Shown: positions 19,585-28,723 of the stretch, piece by piece
Numbering within the stretch: the first letter of the stretch is position 1
Layout: each line of letters begins with the position of its first letter
From: a virus
Taxonomy: Duplodnaviria; Caudoviricetes
Virus record (IMG/VR): IMGVR_UViG_3300020045_003217
Coordinates: 1 to 36,515 of that record
DNA: 36,515 bases
Strand: one strand, 5' to 3'
Position numbers and translations under genes: made by a program
The notes under the pieces: generated by a model
Databases searched by the model: none
What the model was told of the DNA's origin: nothing
Seen by the model: the letters and a program-made list of their open reading frames with translations, nothing else

Positions 19585-21858
19585 CTAATCATTGAATATT
19601 GTTTTGTATTTTTCTTCAGTAGATATTGTTTTATTACCATATATATTTTCAAAAAACTTACTATTTGCCCAAGTAGTTTTTGTTTTAACAGTTTCTTTAC
19701 GTAACGATTGTTGTTGTCTAAGTCTATCTTCTCGTAATATAAATAACATACCCATTGCAGATACCCTATCAAAGTTACCATCAGAATTCCATACAATACA
19801 TTCTTCTAAATATCCTAATGATCTAATTGTATGTAAATTAAGTTTTTTAGATGTTTCACCATCACTATTATAGGCTTCACTTAACATCCAAGATACTTGT
19901 AGTTGTCTTCCCCATGCATTTATTGGTTTAGTGGCACGTGTACCTTTAGGATTAGACATAGATGGTTTCAACATATCCATATCTTTAAGTATTTCTGGAG
20001 TATCTGCTAAATAATGTAATGCATTTTTATGTTTAAAATAAGTATGTAATCCTTTAAGATTATTTTCATAGTTTAATTGTGCATTATAAAAAATACTTAA
20101 TTTAAGTGCATTTTCATAACATTGTTCAGCTTTAGGGTATCGTCCTGTATATTCAGCAACAACTCTATCTGTTAACATATCTAATATTTGAATACTAAAT
20201 AATGATGTACCATCATCTTGATCAATAGGATCGACACCTCCAATATATCTACCACTTTGTATACGCCCATCTGCACCCTTTTTAGGTAACTCAAATATTT
20301 CTATGGCACCTATTCTATTTTTACCAGGATCATTTGTTCTAATGGGTCTTAAATCAGCATTAGGAATCCATTTAACACCTTCTAGTTGATCATGTACTAA
20401 CTCACCAACATAATGTTGTGCTAAAAATCTTTGTTCTTCAGGTTTAATACTATTTAAATAATCTGCTAAATCTGCTACAGGAAAGATTGTTCCTTCTACA
20501 CGCATAATAGCTTCTTGTGGTGTAATAGGTTTTTCTGCTCTGGCTTGAGTTAACGCTGCTGGATCTGAAGAGTTTCTTGCAATTTTATGCCTATTTTCAA
20601 TAATTTCAATTAATGCTTTAATAACATCTGGTTCACCAGATTCCATATCATAACATCTGTGTCTATTCATATATGCACCCCAAAAAAATCCACATTTATT
20701 AGAACTTTGCACATTTTTATCATATACATTTTGTACAGAATAAATATTATAAGCATCAGGACTATAGAATAATTTTTTAGAACCTTCAAATGAAGCACCT
20801 TCTGTACCTCCAGTACCACCTGCCATCATAAATCCAAATGATGATGAACCTGATTCCACAGCTTCTCTATTTACACCCCATGCTGTTTCTAAATCTGGAA
20901 ATAAACCATCTTCTTCATATTGTATAAAAGGTCCACGAATACCCCTAGCTTTTTCAGGATTATCTTTAAGAGATATTGCATTGACAGATGATAACAATCC
21001 TTTACGATTACCAAATTTATCTACATATCCTAATTGAACTTCCATAGATCTTAGAGAATTTGTAAGTCTAATTCTTGGAAGAGGTGTATTATCTGCAATC
21101 CAGTCAAGATTATCAATTACTTTACCAAACATTCCTTTATCTCCTAATAAAAATGTTTTTTCAGAAGCTAAATGAAAATTAACGTTACCTGAACCTGGAA
21201 ATATATACATATTACAAGGTGAAATTACAGCAGCTTTAAATGACCATCCACAACCTCTCATTTTCAATAGTTTACCATGTTGACTTTCTTGTCTAGCTTG
21301 GTCTACATAATGAAAAAATAAATAATCACCTAACCAAGGTTTAGGAAAATCTTTTTTACGTTCAGCTTTTTGTCTACGTTTATTCTGATTATTATTAGCA
21401 TTTTCTTCTACTAACCATATTTTAGAATAATTCCAGTAAAAATATAAATATCCTGGAATCCATTCTCCATCAGATTCTCTTACAAAACCATCTTTCCAAC
21501 GTTGCATTTCTTTTTTCCAAAACAATGCATATTCAGATCTAGGATTTGGATTAGGTGTTATGTTAGTATATCTACCATTTTTTTCATAAAATATTGCCCG
21601 TTCTCTAAAATAATCTAAATCCTCAAGTATGTGAGGTTGTGTAATATCTACTATAATTCTATCATCATAATAAGTCTTACGTTCATCAGAATCATCTAAA
21701 CTAGAGTATCTTATTTTATCTTTAGCATAACCACGTTGTGTTTCATGAGATATAAGATGTTTAATAAAAGGTATTGTTTCAATATATTCTATTAACTCAT
21801 CTCTTACTTTTTCAGGTAAGTCTTCAGGAATATTAGATTGATATTTATTATATTTCAT
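19585..21858 (-). CDS. terL: Terminase large subunit
   Basis: LKMRGCGWS (Walker A-like), YEEDG (Walker B), GGTGG coupling motif, GGVDPID nuclease, NFDRVSA. Confidence 0.92.
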   Translation of the reverse strand: MKYNKYQSNIPEDLPEKVRDELIEYIETIPFIKHLISHETQRGYAKDKIRYSSLDDSDERKTYYDDRIIVDITQPHILEDLDYFRERAIFYEKNGRYTNITPNPNPRSEYALFWKKEMQRWKDGFVRESDGEWIPGYLYFYWNYSKIWLVEENANNNQNKRRQKAERKKDFPKPWLGDYLFFHYVDQARQESQHGKLLKMRGCGWSFKAAVISPCNMYIFPGSGNVNFHLASEKTFLLGDKGMFGKVIDNLDWIADNTPLPRIRLTNSLRSMEVQLGYVDKFGNRKGLLSSVNAISLKDNPEKARGIRGPFIQYEEDGLFPDLETAWGVNREAVESGSSSFGFMMAGGTGGTEGASFEGSKKLFYSPDAYNIYSVQNVYDKNVQSSNKCGFFWGAYMNRHRCYDMESGEPDVIKALIEIIENRHKIARNSSDPAALTQARAEKPITPQEAIMRVEGTIFPVADLADYLNSIKPEEQRFLAQHYVGELVHDQLEGVKWIPNADLRPIRTNDPGKNRIGAIEIFELPKKGADGRIQSGRYIGGVDPIDQDDGTSLFSIQILDMLTDRVVAEYTGRYPKAEQCYENALKLSIFYNAQLNYENNLKGLHTYFKHKNALHYLADTPEILKDMDMLKPSMSNPKGTRATKPINAWGRQLQVSWMLSEAYNSDGETSKKLNLHTIRSLGYLEECIVWNSDGNFDRVSAMGMLFILREDRLRQQQSLRKETVKTKTTWANSKFFENIYGNKTISTEEKYKTIFND

Positions 21859-22060
21859 AATCTTTTATTTTTTTAAAAAAATCACTTTCTGAAAGAAATG
21901 TAGTTTTTTCATTGTCACATAGTAAAATATTATTTGTATTTTTACTTAACACAAATGTTATATTGTTTTTACTATAATATTTTATATGTGAATATCCCGC
22001 ATCTGATTCATTATAATTTAAAGCTAATAATACTTCTTTTTTAAAGCAATCCATCTTCAA
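21848..22060 (-). CDS. Hypothetical protein
   Basis: 70-aa ORF overlapping both neighbours. Confidence 0.5.
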   Translation of the reverse strand: MKMDCFKKEVLLALNYNESDAGYSHIKYYSKNNITFVLSKNTNNILLCDNEKTTFLSESDFFKKIKDYEI

Positions 22061-22586
22061 ATAATGCTTTTTCCTGACTACCTACATTACTAGATTTCTC
22101 AGATTGTTCTTTAATAACAGTTTGTTCAAGTTTTTGCAACGATGTTACAATACCCGGCATTTTAGATAATCCACTGGATATACTTTCTATTTCTTTAATA
22201 GATAACATATCATTATCATCTTCAACAATTTTTCTCATTTTGTTAGAAAGAGTGTTTGCAATAAATAAGCTGTTTTCGAGTATTGTAGACGATACAGTTT
22301 TACTACGATCTTTATAAAAATCAATTGCAGTTTGGACATCTTTATTTAATTTCCATCCTTTTGGAAGATTTAAATCTTTAATAATTTCTTCTTGTTTATC
22401 TTTTGGATTTAATATATAATTATAATCAGATTTAATATCTGTTAAATACCATATAAAAGCTAACTCTTTCATAGCCACTTCTTTATCTTTAGACTTATCA
22501 TTATCTAATAATTTTTTAAATGGTATTAAAGCGTACGCTTCCTCTGATATATGTAAATTATATTCTATTAGTTGAAATAAATTCAT
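22041..22586 (-). CDS. Conserved crAss-like protein, candidate terminase small subunit
   Basis: PFKKL...DKSKDK..A.KELAFIWY; helical; upstream of terL. Confidence 0.5.
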   Translation of the reverse strand: MNLFQLIEYNLHISEEAYALIPFKKLLDNDKSKDKEVAMKELAFIWYLTDIKSDYNYILNPKDKQEEIIKDLNLPKGWKLNKDVQTAIDFYKDRSKTVSSTILENSLFIANTLSNKMRKIVEDDNDMLSIKEIESISSGLSKMPGIVTSLQKLEQTVIKEQSEKSSNVGSQEKALFEDGLL

Positions 22587-22831
22587 TTGTATCCTATTTT
22601 GTTTGCATAAGTTTCTAAATTTCTAATATGGTCTTTATAATTACCAACTACTTTATGATAATTTCCAGAACGATCTTCAATTATGGTTACGTTCTTATAT
22701 AAAGAACCTCTACTAGTAAATAATGGACTAATAGAGGTTATATCTTTATCTATAATATGTGTTGGTATTATAATTGTTTTTATATCAGAAGTATTTTTAT
22801 TTTCAAAAGTAATATACTTCAGTATTAACAT
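22583..22831 (-). CDS. Hypothetical protein
   Basis: 82-aa ORF in the operon, ATGA overlap. Confidence 0.55.
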   Translation of the reverse strand: MLILKYITFENKNTSDIKTIIIPTHIIDKDITSISPLFTSRGSLYKNVTIIEDRSGNYHKVVGNYKDHIRNLETYANKIGYK

Positions 22832-22834
22832 AAT

Positions 22835-23359
22835 TTAAATTTTATAAGAACCTGTTTCTGTAACTAAACCTACTCTAGATGTATTACTTTCTGGAAATTT
22901 CATTCCTTTAGACATTGCATTTTTAGCAGAATCTTCAATAGCTTCTTGTTCTAATGTAAATTCTCTCAATGTTTTAAATACTTTTACTGAATCTGGTAAT
23001 GCATTATAATCTGGAATTATTCCTTCAATTTCTCTTGAATTAATCTTAATATATACTTCATCACTTCCTGGTACACTAAAAAATGGAATAACAATTTGTT
23101 CTTCAATCATTTCAGCACCTCCAATACCAGATCTAATTTTAGATGCTTTTTTAACATGTTGAATAAATCCATTCATATTTAAAAATACATAATCTCCAAT
23201 ATTTACACCTACTGTATCAGGACCTACGGCTACTACTTGTTGTACTTCTTTAATTTCAGGTGTTTGTTTACCTAAAAATAAATTATTGTCTTCTTTCTTT
23301 ACTAAATTACTTGTTACAAGGATATATGATCCTCTTGGTATAAAATTAACTTTATTCAT
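22835..23359 (-). CDS. GroES-like co-chaperonin
   Basis: FIPRGSYILV ... VVAVGPDTVGVNIGDYVFL ... IEGII, matching the GroES pattern; extended C-terminus. Confidence 0.65.
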   Translation of the reverse strand: MNKVNFIPRGSYILVTSNLVKKEDNNLFLGKQTPEIKEVQQVVAVGPDTVGVNIGDYVFLNMNGFIQHVKKASKIRSGIGGAEMIEEQIVIPFFSVPGSDEVYIKINSREIEGIIPDYNALPDSVKVFKTLREFTLEQEAIEDSAKNAMSKGMKFPESNTSRVGLVTETGSYKI

Positions 23360-23642
23360 TATCTTTTAATTTATTATTTTTTAATTCAACTGCTTTTTTA
23401 ATATGTTGTATTTTACTCCAATTAGTATAAAATTTACCAATATATTTAAAGTAAAAAGTTGTTTTTAATTTATCAAATTCTTCTTCAGAAGTTATATCTT
23501 TAATAGGTGTGTTTTCAATAGTTGTTCTAAAAAATTTAAATTGACTATTAAATATTTCTTCTACAATACTTTCTGGAAGATTATATTTTCTTGAGACCTC
23601 TTTTATTTTGTATTTAAATTTTGTATTAATCATTAATTTCAA
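23352..23642 (-). CDS. HU/IHF-like DNA-binding protein
   Basis: IKEVSRKYNLPESIVEEIFNSQF...FYFKYIGKF; basic, 96 aa. Confidence 0.6.
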   Translation of the reverse strand: MKLMINTKFKYKIKEVSRKYNLPESIVEEIFNSQFKFFRTTIENTPIKDITSEEEFDKLKTTFYFKYIGKFYTNWSKIQHIKKAVELKNNKLKDNE

Positions 23643-24006
23643 ATTTAAATATTAATGAATACGTATTAGAAGTTGTTAAATCTAATATAGGAATAAATGA
23701 TTTATTTATTTTGTTATCAATAATTATTTTTTTCTTACGTAATGCATATAATGTATTATTAAATGAACCTTCTATTACATTTAATTCAGCATATATTTTA
23801 TGCTTTGTGTCATAATCAAAAGTTAATTTCCAAGCTAAATCATCATTTTGTATTTCTTTTTTAAATTCAAAATAATAATATAGTAATGATGCTATAGCAT
23901 TCATTTCTTGAGGTTTAAGTTTATGTAAAGGTTTAGTTAATGTTAACCAATGTTTAAAAAAGTTTTTTATATTGGTTTTAATTAATGCTTGTTTTACATT
24001 ACTCAT
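23626..24006 (-). CDS. Putative winged-HTH DNA-binding protein
   Basis: KI..EL.V...SFNN.L..LRKK.II pattern. Confidence 0.5.
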   Translation of the reverse strand: MSNVKQALIKTNIKNFFKHWLTLTKPLHKLKPQEMNAIASLLYYYFEFKKEIQNDDLAWKLTFDYDTKHKIYAELNVIEGSFNNTLYALRKKKIIIDNKINKSFIPILDLTTSNTYSLIFKFEIND

Positions 24007-24329
24007 TTTCTATCTGGGTATTTATTTAAATAATGAAATATACTAGCATGTGTTTCTGTTTCATTTAAACTATTTCTACACGTAACACACTCATCATTAT
24101 CATCATTATCTGTTACTAAATATAAACTTTTACAATGAATACAGCATTCTACTGGTTCTGAATCATAATCAGTTTTATCAAGTTTTAATATTGTTTCCAA
24201 TTTTTCTATATGTTCACTATCTATAATTGGAAAAGCAGACATTAAATTTGTATGTTTAAACTTTTCTAATATTTTAGTAAATTGTTTTTGTACTTCTTTC
24301 ATGTTATAACTGTTATTTTCAGTCGCCAT
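24003..24329 (-). CDS. Zn-ribbon protein
   Basis: EPVECCIHCKSL ... CVTC. Confidence 0.55.
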   Translation of the reverse strand: MATENNSYNMKEVQKQFTKILEKFKHTNLMSAFPIIDSEHIEKLETILKLDKTDYDSEPVECCIHCKSLYLVTDNDDNDECVTCRNSLNETETHASIFHYLNKYPDRK

Positions 24330-24617
24330 TCATTATTAATATATTCTTTATTAACTTTAACATCTACTGGTTTAATTAATTTAAATATATTAATAATTAG
24401 TTCGTTTCTTTTTTCTATTAAACCATTTAGTGATTTAAAATTATTTATATAATAAACCATTATATTTCTTCTATACTAAGTGATATTAGTAATCCTTTAC
24501 TACCCCATTCTTTTTTAAATGGGAGATGAATATAATCTACTTTAGTAACATCTTCTTTAAGGTTATTAATAAACTTTAAAACTTGTAATATTTGATCTCC
24601 TGTTAAATTTTCTAAAT

Positions 24618-24896
24618 TCATTTTATGTCATTTTTTATTTTAAAGTTATCCCATTCTTCTATAGATAATATATCTGGAAATCTTTCTTTGTTACAAGAAA
24701 TAATAGTAAATGCTCTATCTGGAAATGTACAACCACAATGAATACAATGACCTGTTTTAGCACAATCATTTTCACATTGTTTTAATCTATAATCTATTTG
24801 TTCTTTTTGATATACCGGTAACCCTATATATTTATCATAATAAAATCTAGAGTAACCTTGTAAAAAATTTTTAATATTAATTAGATTGTATTTCAT
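24618..24896 (-). CDS. Cys-rich (Zn-binding) small protein
   Basis: R..QC..DC...GHCIHCGC ... C. Confidence 0.6.
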   Translation of the reverse strand: MKYNLINIKNFLQGYSRFYYDKYIGLPVYQKEQIDYRLKQCENDCAKTGHCIHCGCTFPDRAFTIISCNKERFPDILSIEEWDNFKIKNDIK

Positions 24897-25080
24897 TTTC
24901 TTCTTTTTCTTCTAAATATTTTAAATATTCTTTCATACCAAAATAGAATTTTTTTCTATCTTGTAATTCAGGATTTTTACTTTTAGAATTATTAAAAGGT
25001 CTAGAGAGCTTGTTTCCAAGCTCATCTATATTACCTCTTTTTAATTGTCTTGCAATACTTTGAGATCTATTTCTACCCAT
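24877..25080 (-). CDS. Small basic hypothetical protein
   Basis: 67-aa ORF in the operon. Confidence 0.55.
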   Translation of the reverse strand: MGRNRSQSIARQLKRGNIDELGNKLSRPFNNSKSKNPELQDRKKFYFGMKEYLKYLEEKEENEIQSN

Positions 25081-25085
25081 TGATA

Positions 25086-25283
25086 TTATTTTTTAACTTT
25101 AGGTAATTTAATAAGTTCTTGTTCTGGATTGTTTATTACTTCTACTTTAGGTGTTTTAATAATTGAAGTTAAAGTATCTAATGCATACTTTACACTTACT
25201 GCATCATTAATTGTAAATAAACCTCCTTTTTGAGCTAAGTCAACTACTTTTGTAATAATTTCTAATGATTGTTCTGGTGTCAT
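25086..25283 (-). CDS. Small hypothetical protein
   Basis: 65 aa; preceded by a promoter. Confidence 0.6.
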   Translation of the reverse strand: MTPEQSLEIITKVVDLAQKGGLFTINDAVSVKYALDTLTSIIKTPKVEVINNPEQELIKLPKVKK

Positions 25284-25309
25284 AATTAATTTTTAAATTT
25301 ATAATGAAA

Positions 25310-25341
25310 CAAATATATATATAATAAATGACAATTCCAAA
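25310..25341 (-). promoter_or_regulatory. Bacteroidota sigma70-type promoter
   Basis: TTTG (25341-25338), 20-nt spacer, TATATTTG (25317-25310). Confidence 0.7.
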
Positions 25342-25348
25342 TAAAATG

Positions 25349-25543
25349 TTATTTATTTTTTAAATTATTTATTATTTCTTTTGCAAGAATAAAATCTTCA
25401 TTTAAATTTGATTCTAATAATAATTTAATATTATTTTTTTTAATATTATTTATATTTTTTACTTTTAATAATTGAAAATAAAAATGTCTTTCCAATGCAT
25501 TATTAAACTGCTCAGCTCCTTTAAGTCCTGTGTAGAATACCAT
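25349..25543 (-). CDS. Small protein, paralog family A
   Basis: NIKLLLESNLNEDFILAKEII; TATGTTTG box at 25568-25561 upstream. Confidence 0.6.
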   Translation of the reverse strand: MVFYTGLKGAEQFNNALERHFYFQLLKVKNINNIKKNNIKLLLESNLNEDFILAKEIINNLKNK

Positions 25544-25603
25544 ATTATATTTATTTTATACAAACATAAACATAATATTTGTTAATTCCTAATTTTATTG
25601 CAT

Positions 25604-25636
25604 AAAAAACCCTAACCAAATAAATGATTAGGGGTT
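25604..25636 (-). terminator. Rho-independent terminator closing the ncRNA
   Basis: Minus strand CCCTAATC-ATTTATTT-GGTTAGGG followed by TTTTTT. Confidence 0.75.
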
Positions 25637-25948
25637 ATATATATTAAATAATTTATCATTAAAAATAAAACATAAAAGTGCCCTGTCAATAATAATTATT
25701 ATTAACGGAGGGGTATTGTTTTAATAATATTTATAAACAGCCAGTGTGCTTTATTTCTAAAGTGGCGAGATAGTTTGTTTGTAAGCTATACTTAATTGTA
25801 TAGATCCCCTCTGCTATCAAACTGTTTATATAATATTATCTGGTAACCCTAAGCATCAGACATTATCATCGCAACCAAGGTTATAAGAGTTGGCTCTGGT
25901 TACTAAATAGCGTACCAACGAGTTATAACCACAAAATGATAAAATTTT
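25604..25948 (-). ncRNA. Candidate structured ncRNA (~340 nt) of unknown family
   Basis: No tracked ORF; bounded by TATATTTG (25962-25955) and a terminator; nested stems and two pseudoknot pairings; most G-U pairs favour the minus strand. Confidence 0.6.
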
Positions 25949-26000
25949 ATAATACAAATATAATACATATTTGTTAAAAATATTGAAATAATTTACTTAC

Positions 26001-26243
26001 TTAAATAGCTAACTTGTTCATTATTTCTTGTGCTAATATTAAATCTTCATATATATCTGATTTAATAAGAGTTAATAATTTATCATAATATTCATGTGTT
26101 TTATATTTTAATATTAAATCTGATGTTAATTGACATCTCAATTCAAATGTAAGAAACGGTTCATCATGTTTTACAAAACTTCCCATATACATATTATACA
26201 TATTTTGATATGATGACATTCGTTGTATTAATGATTCTGACAT
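26001..26243 (-). CDS. Small protein, paralog family A
   Basis: KLLTLIKSDIYEDLILAQEIM. Confidence 0.6.
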   Translation of the reverse strand: MSESLIQRMSSYQNMYNMYMGSFVKHDEPFLTFELRCQLTSDLILKYKTHEYYDKLLTLIKSDIYEDLILAQEIMNKLAI

Positions 26244-26507
26244 TTATTTTAATATTAATGTTGCGTAACGTGATGGATCCTTTACTATAAAACTATTATT
26301 AAAAATAGTTGTTAAATCTCTTATCAATATAATATTATTATTATTATATAATGTATCTAATATTTCATTTACTAAAGATACATTTAAAAGATCGTTAGAT
26401 AAACATAATTCTTTTATTTTAGATTTATATTCATCTGGTAATTTCATTACTTCTTCAATATCTTCTATAATAGATTCTTGAATTATTATATAGTGTTTTT
26501 TATTCAT
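26244..26507 (-). CDS. Small protein, paralog family A
   Basis: KIKELCLSNDLLNVSLVNEIL. Confidence 0.55.
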   Translation of the reverse strand: MNKKHYIIIQESIIEDIEEVMKLPDEYKSKIKELCLSNDLLNVSLVNEILDTLYNNNNIILIRDLTTIFNNSFIVKDPSRYATLILK

Positions 26508-26778
26508 TTAGTCTTGTTAAAAGTATTTGTTTACATAATTGTAATGTACATTGGTCTTTAGATACCATCATATTATTTATATTAATATCTTCTTCAGAAG
26601 TAAAAGATTGTTTATAATTTACCATATTATATTTAAGAAGTTCTTGATATAAACGTTTACAACTTGTTCTTATATTATATAATGGATCTAAGTTAGTCAT
26701 AAAATTTATATTAGAACAACCTTGTCTTCTAGATTTAACATATATGAATTGACTATCTAAATATTCTGTTTGTGTCAT
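26500..26778 (-). CDS. Small protein, paralog family A
   Basis: NINNMMVSKDQCTLQLCKQIL. Confidence 0.55.
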   Translation of the reverse strand: MTQTEYLDSQFIYVKSRRQGCSNINFMTNLDPLYNIRTSCKRLYQELLKYNMVNYKQSFTSEEDININNMMVSKDQCTLQLCKQILLTRLNE

Positions 26779-26980
26779 ATTTTTATTATTAAATAGCTAA
26801 GGTAAGTATAATATATGACAATTCCAAATTTTTTTGGGAAATTTTTTTTGAAAATTATTTTCAGAACTGTTTACGTAGGATAAACTATCAAACCCACCCC
26901 ACTCTTTTGTAGAATTGGTACATCCCCCGTCATAAGGATGCAATAAATAAACTGGCTTATTGCCACAAAAACTTATTATC

Positions 26981-27298
26981 ATGTTCATAGCTAAATTCAC
27001 ACAAACGTCAAATGCTCCTTTTACTGCTGATAAAAATGGAAACTTTCCATTCATCGGTGAAGTATTATCAGGACAACACAGTGGTAGTATCATTAATGGT
27101 ACAATGTTTAATAGAGCAGGTTTAGAACCTAACACATTGTATGCATGTGAGAACTCTACTGACCCAGAATATCCTGATAATGTACAAACCAATGTTATCA
27201 GTAAACTTAGTATCAAGGAATACCTTGAGTTAAGAACTATGCTTGGTGCACCTAAGAAAGTTACTGCTACTGTAACAACTGAAGATGTAACTGCATAA
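26981..27298 (+). CDS. Hypothetical protein, first gene of the plus-strand region
   Basis: Likely start ATG 26981 (MFIAKFTQ...); followed by a strong terminator. Confidence 0.7.
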   Translation: MFIAKFTQTSNAPFTADKNGNFPFIGEVLSGQHSGSIINGTMFNRAGLEPNTLYACENSTDPEYPDNVQTNVISKLSIKEYLELRTMLGAPKKVTATVTTEDVTA

Positions 27299-27303
27299 CA
27301 TCA

Positions 27304-27328
27304 TAGCCCTTCGGGGCTATTTGTTTTA
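27304..27328 (+). terminator. Rho-independent terminator with UUCG loop
   Basis: TAGCCC-TTCG-GGGCTA-TTTGTTTT. Confidence 0.8.
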
Positions 27329-27423
27329 TAACAGAACTAAATGGTTCCATAAAGTCGTAACGGCTTCATACAATTCTTATAAAGCCTTATAATAAGCTCT
27401 TATATTATATTTTAAAAAACTAA

Positions 27424-27663
27424 ATGTCTCATATTGACCTTATTGGTCATATAAAATTAATAATTATGTCAACATATAATAATGAACCAAAACAAACACT
27501 GTGGGAAGCATGGTTTGTAACATCAGTAGTATTATTCTTAGGTACAATGTTTGTGGGTACATGTAGTGGTAGTGTACAATTATTTCCTAATTATGATATG
27601 TGGTTAGGTGTAACAGTTGCTAATTTAGTTATGTGTGTAATAATAGGTACACAAAGAAAGTGA
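27424..27663 (+). CDS. Small membrane protein
   Basis: Two hydrophobic segments; start may be the internal MSTYNN. Confidence 0.55.
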   Translation: MSHIDLIGHIKLIIMSTYNNEPKQTLWEAWFVTSVVLFLGTMFVGTCSGSVQLFPNYDMWLGVTVANLVMCVIIGTQRK

Positions 27664-27913
27664 TGTGATGTGATGGGATGTGGTTGATAATCACTAATCA
27701 CACCATTCACACACATATTCAACTATCACAATTTACACAACATAAAAAATATAGCTAACTTTAACAAATATTACAAAACATCACATAAAGCTTCCAACTT
27801 ACTCAATTTGATATTGGTTGTTAATATAAACTTACTGCGAACGTTACAGTATTAAAGCAGACTAAACTGCGTGATGTTTTTAATAAATTATTAACTGACT
27901 AAATAACAAAATT

Positions 27914-28156
27914 ATGAAATTATCTAATAAAATTCTATTATCTGTTTATGTTATTCTAACGTTAACATTAATTATCTTATCAATTATTAATAATGCTCCA
28001 TATTTCGGTGTATTAATTCCAATAACAATATTCTTTGCTATATTTTTTGATAATAAAGAATTTTCTGATAAAAATATATCAGAAGCTTGTAAAAGTTTAG
28101 AACGTAACGCATTAAAAGAAAAAATGCAAATTTGGAATAAAGAAATAAATATCTAA
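27914..28156 (+). CDS. Small membrane protein
   Basis: Two N-terminal TM helices, A-rich leader. Confidence 0.6.
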   Translation: MKLSNKILLSVYVILTLTLIILSIINNAPYFGVLIPITIFFAIFFDNKEFSDKNISEACKSLERNALKEKMQIWNKEINI

Positions 28157-28252
28157 TAATATAACAAAACTTTAGTCAGTCAATTACAGATAATGCTGGG
28201 TTGACTGATTATATTAAATCAAAACAAATAAAACTATTAAAACAAATAAAAA

Positions 28253-28723
28253 ATGGAAAATTCAAATCAAACTACAACAGTTAGTACACAATTAAAGTTC
28301 ACACAAGCTGATATTCCAAGTCTTTTAGATACAGTAAATAAAAAAATCAAAGAGTTAAGTAAAAATGACTCTACTGTTCCTGTTATTACTAAAAAATTAC
28401 CAGGATTTGGTACAATTGCAGACATAAATGATGTCATGCGTTTAATACAAGCATGTTCAGCTATTGATGGTAAAGTTGAAGCTTATAAAACAGCTGCTGC
28501 TAAACATTTACCAGAAGGTGCAAAAGTTCCAAGATTTATGATTGAAGGACATTCTCCTGAAGAATGGATTCAAGTTATTGAACTTAAAATTTGTGAAATA
28601 TCACATAAAAAAGAGTTGGATAAACTTAAAACTGTTAAAGCTACATTAGAAGCTAATTTATCTCAAGAGATGAAACTTGCTAATGATTTAGCTAAAATTA
28701 GTGAACTTCTAAACGAAGAGTAA
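28253..28723 (+). CDS. Hypothetical helical protein
   Basis: 156 aa with A-rich Bacteroidota-type leader. Confidence 0.7.
   Translation: MENSNQTTTVSTQLKFTQADIPSLLDTVNKKIKELSKNDSTVPVITKKLPGFGTIADINDVMRLIQACSAIDGKVEAYKTAAAKHLPEGAKVPRFMIEGHSPEEWIQVIELKICEISHKKELDKLKTVKATLEANLSQEMKLANDLAKISELLNEE

Noticed and set aside
25840-25860. Pistol ribozyme (CCCTAAGC)
   Set aside because: No adjacent P1 loop with a UUAGGG partner or UUAAAU linker; the transcript appears to be the opposite strand
26797-27216. 139-aa minus-strand ORF
   Set aside because: Antisense shadow of the plus-strand gene 26981..27298, which has a proper ATG and a terminator
27661-27716. (TGATG)x3 repeat as a functional array
   Set aside because: Explained as one arm of an imperfect hairpin after a stop codon; too short to interpret
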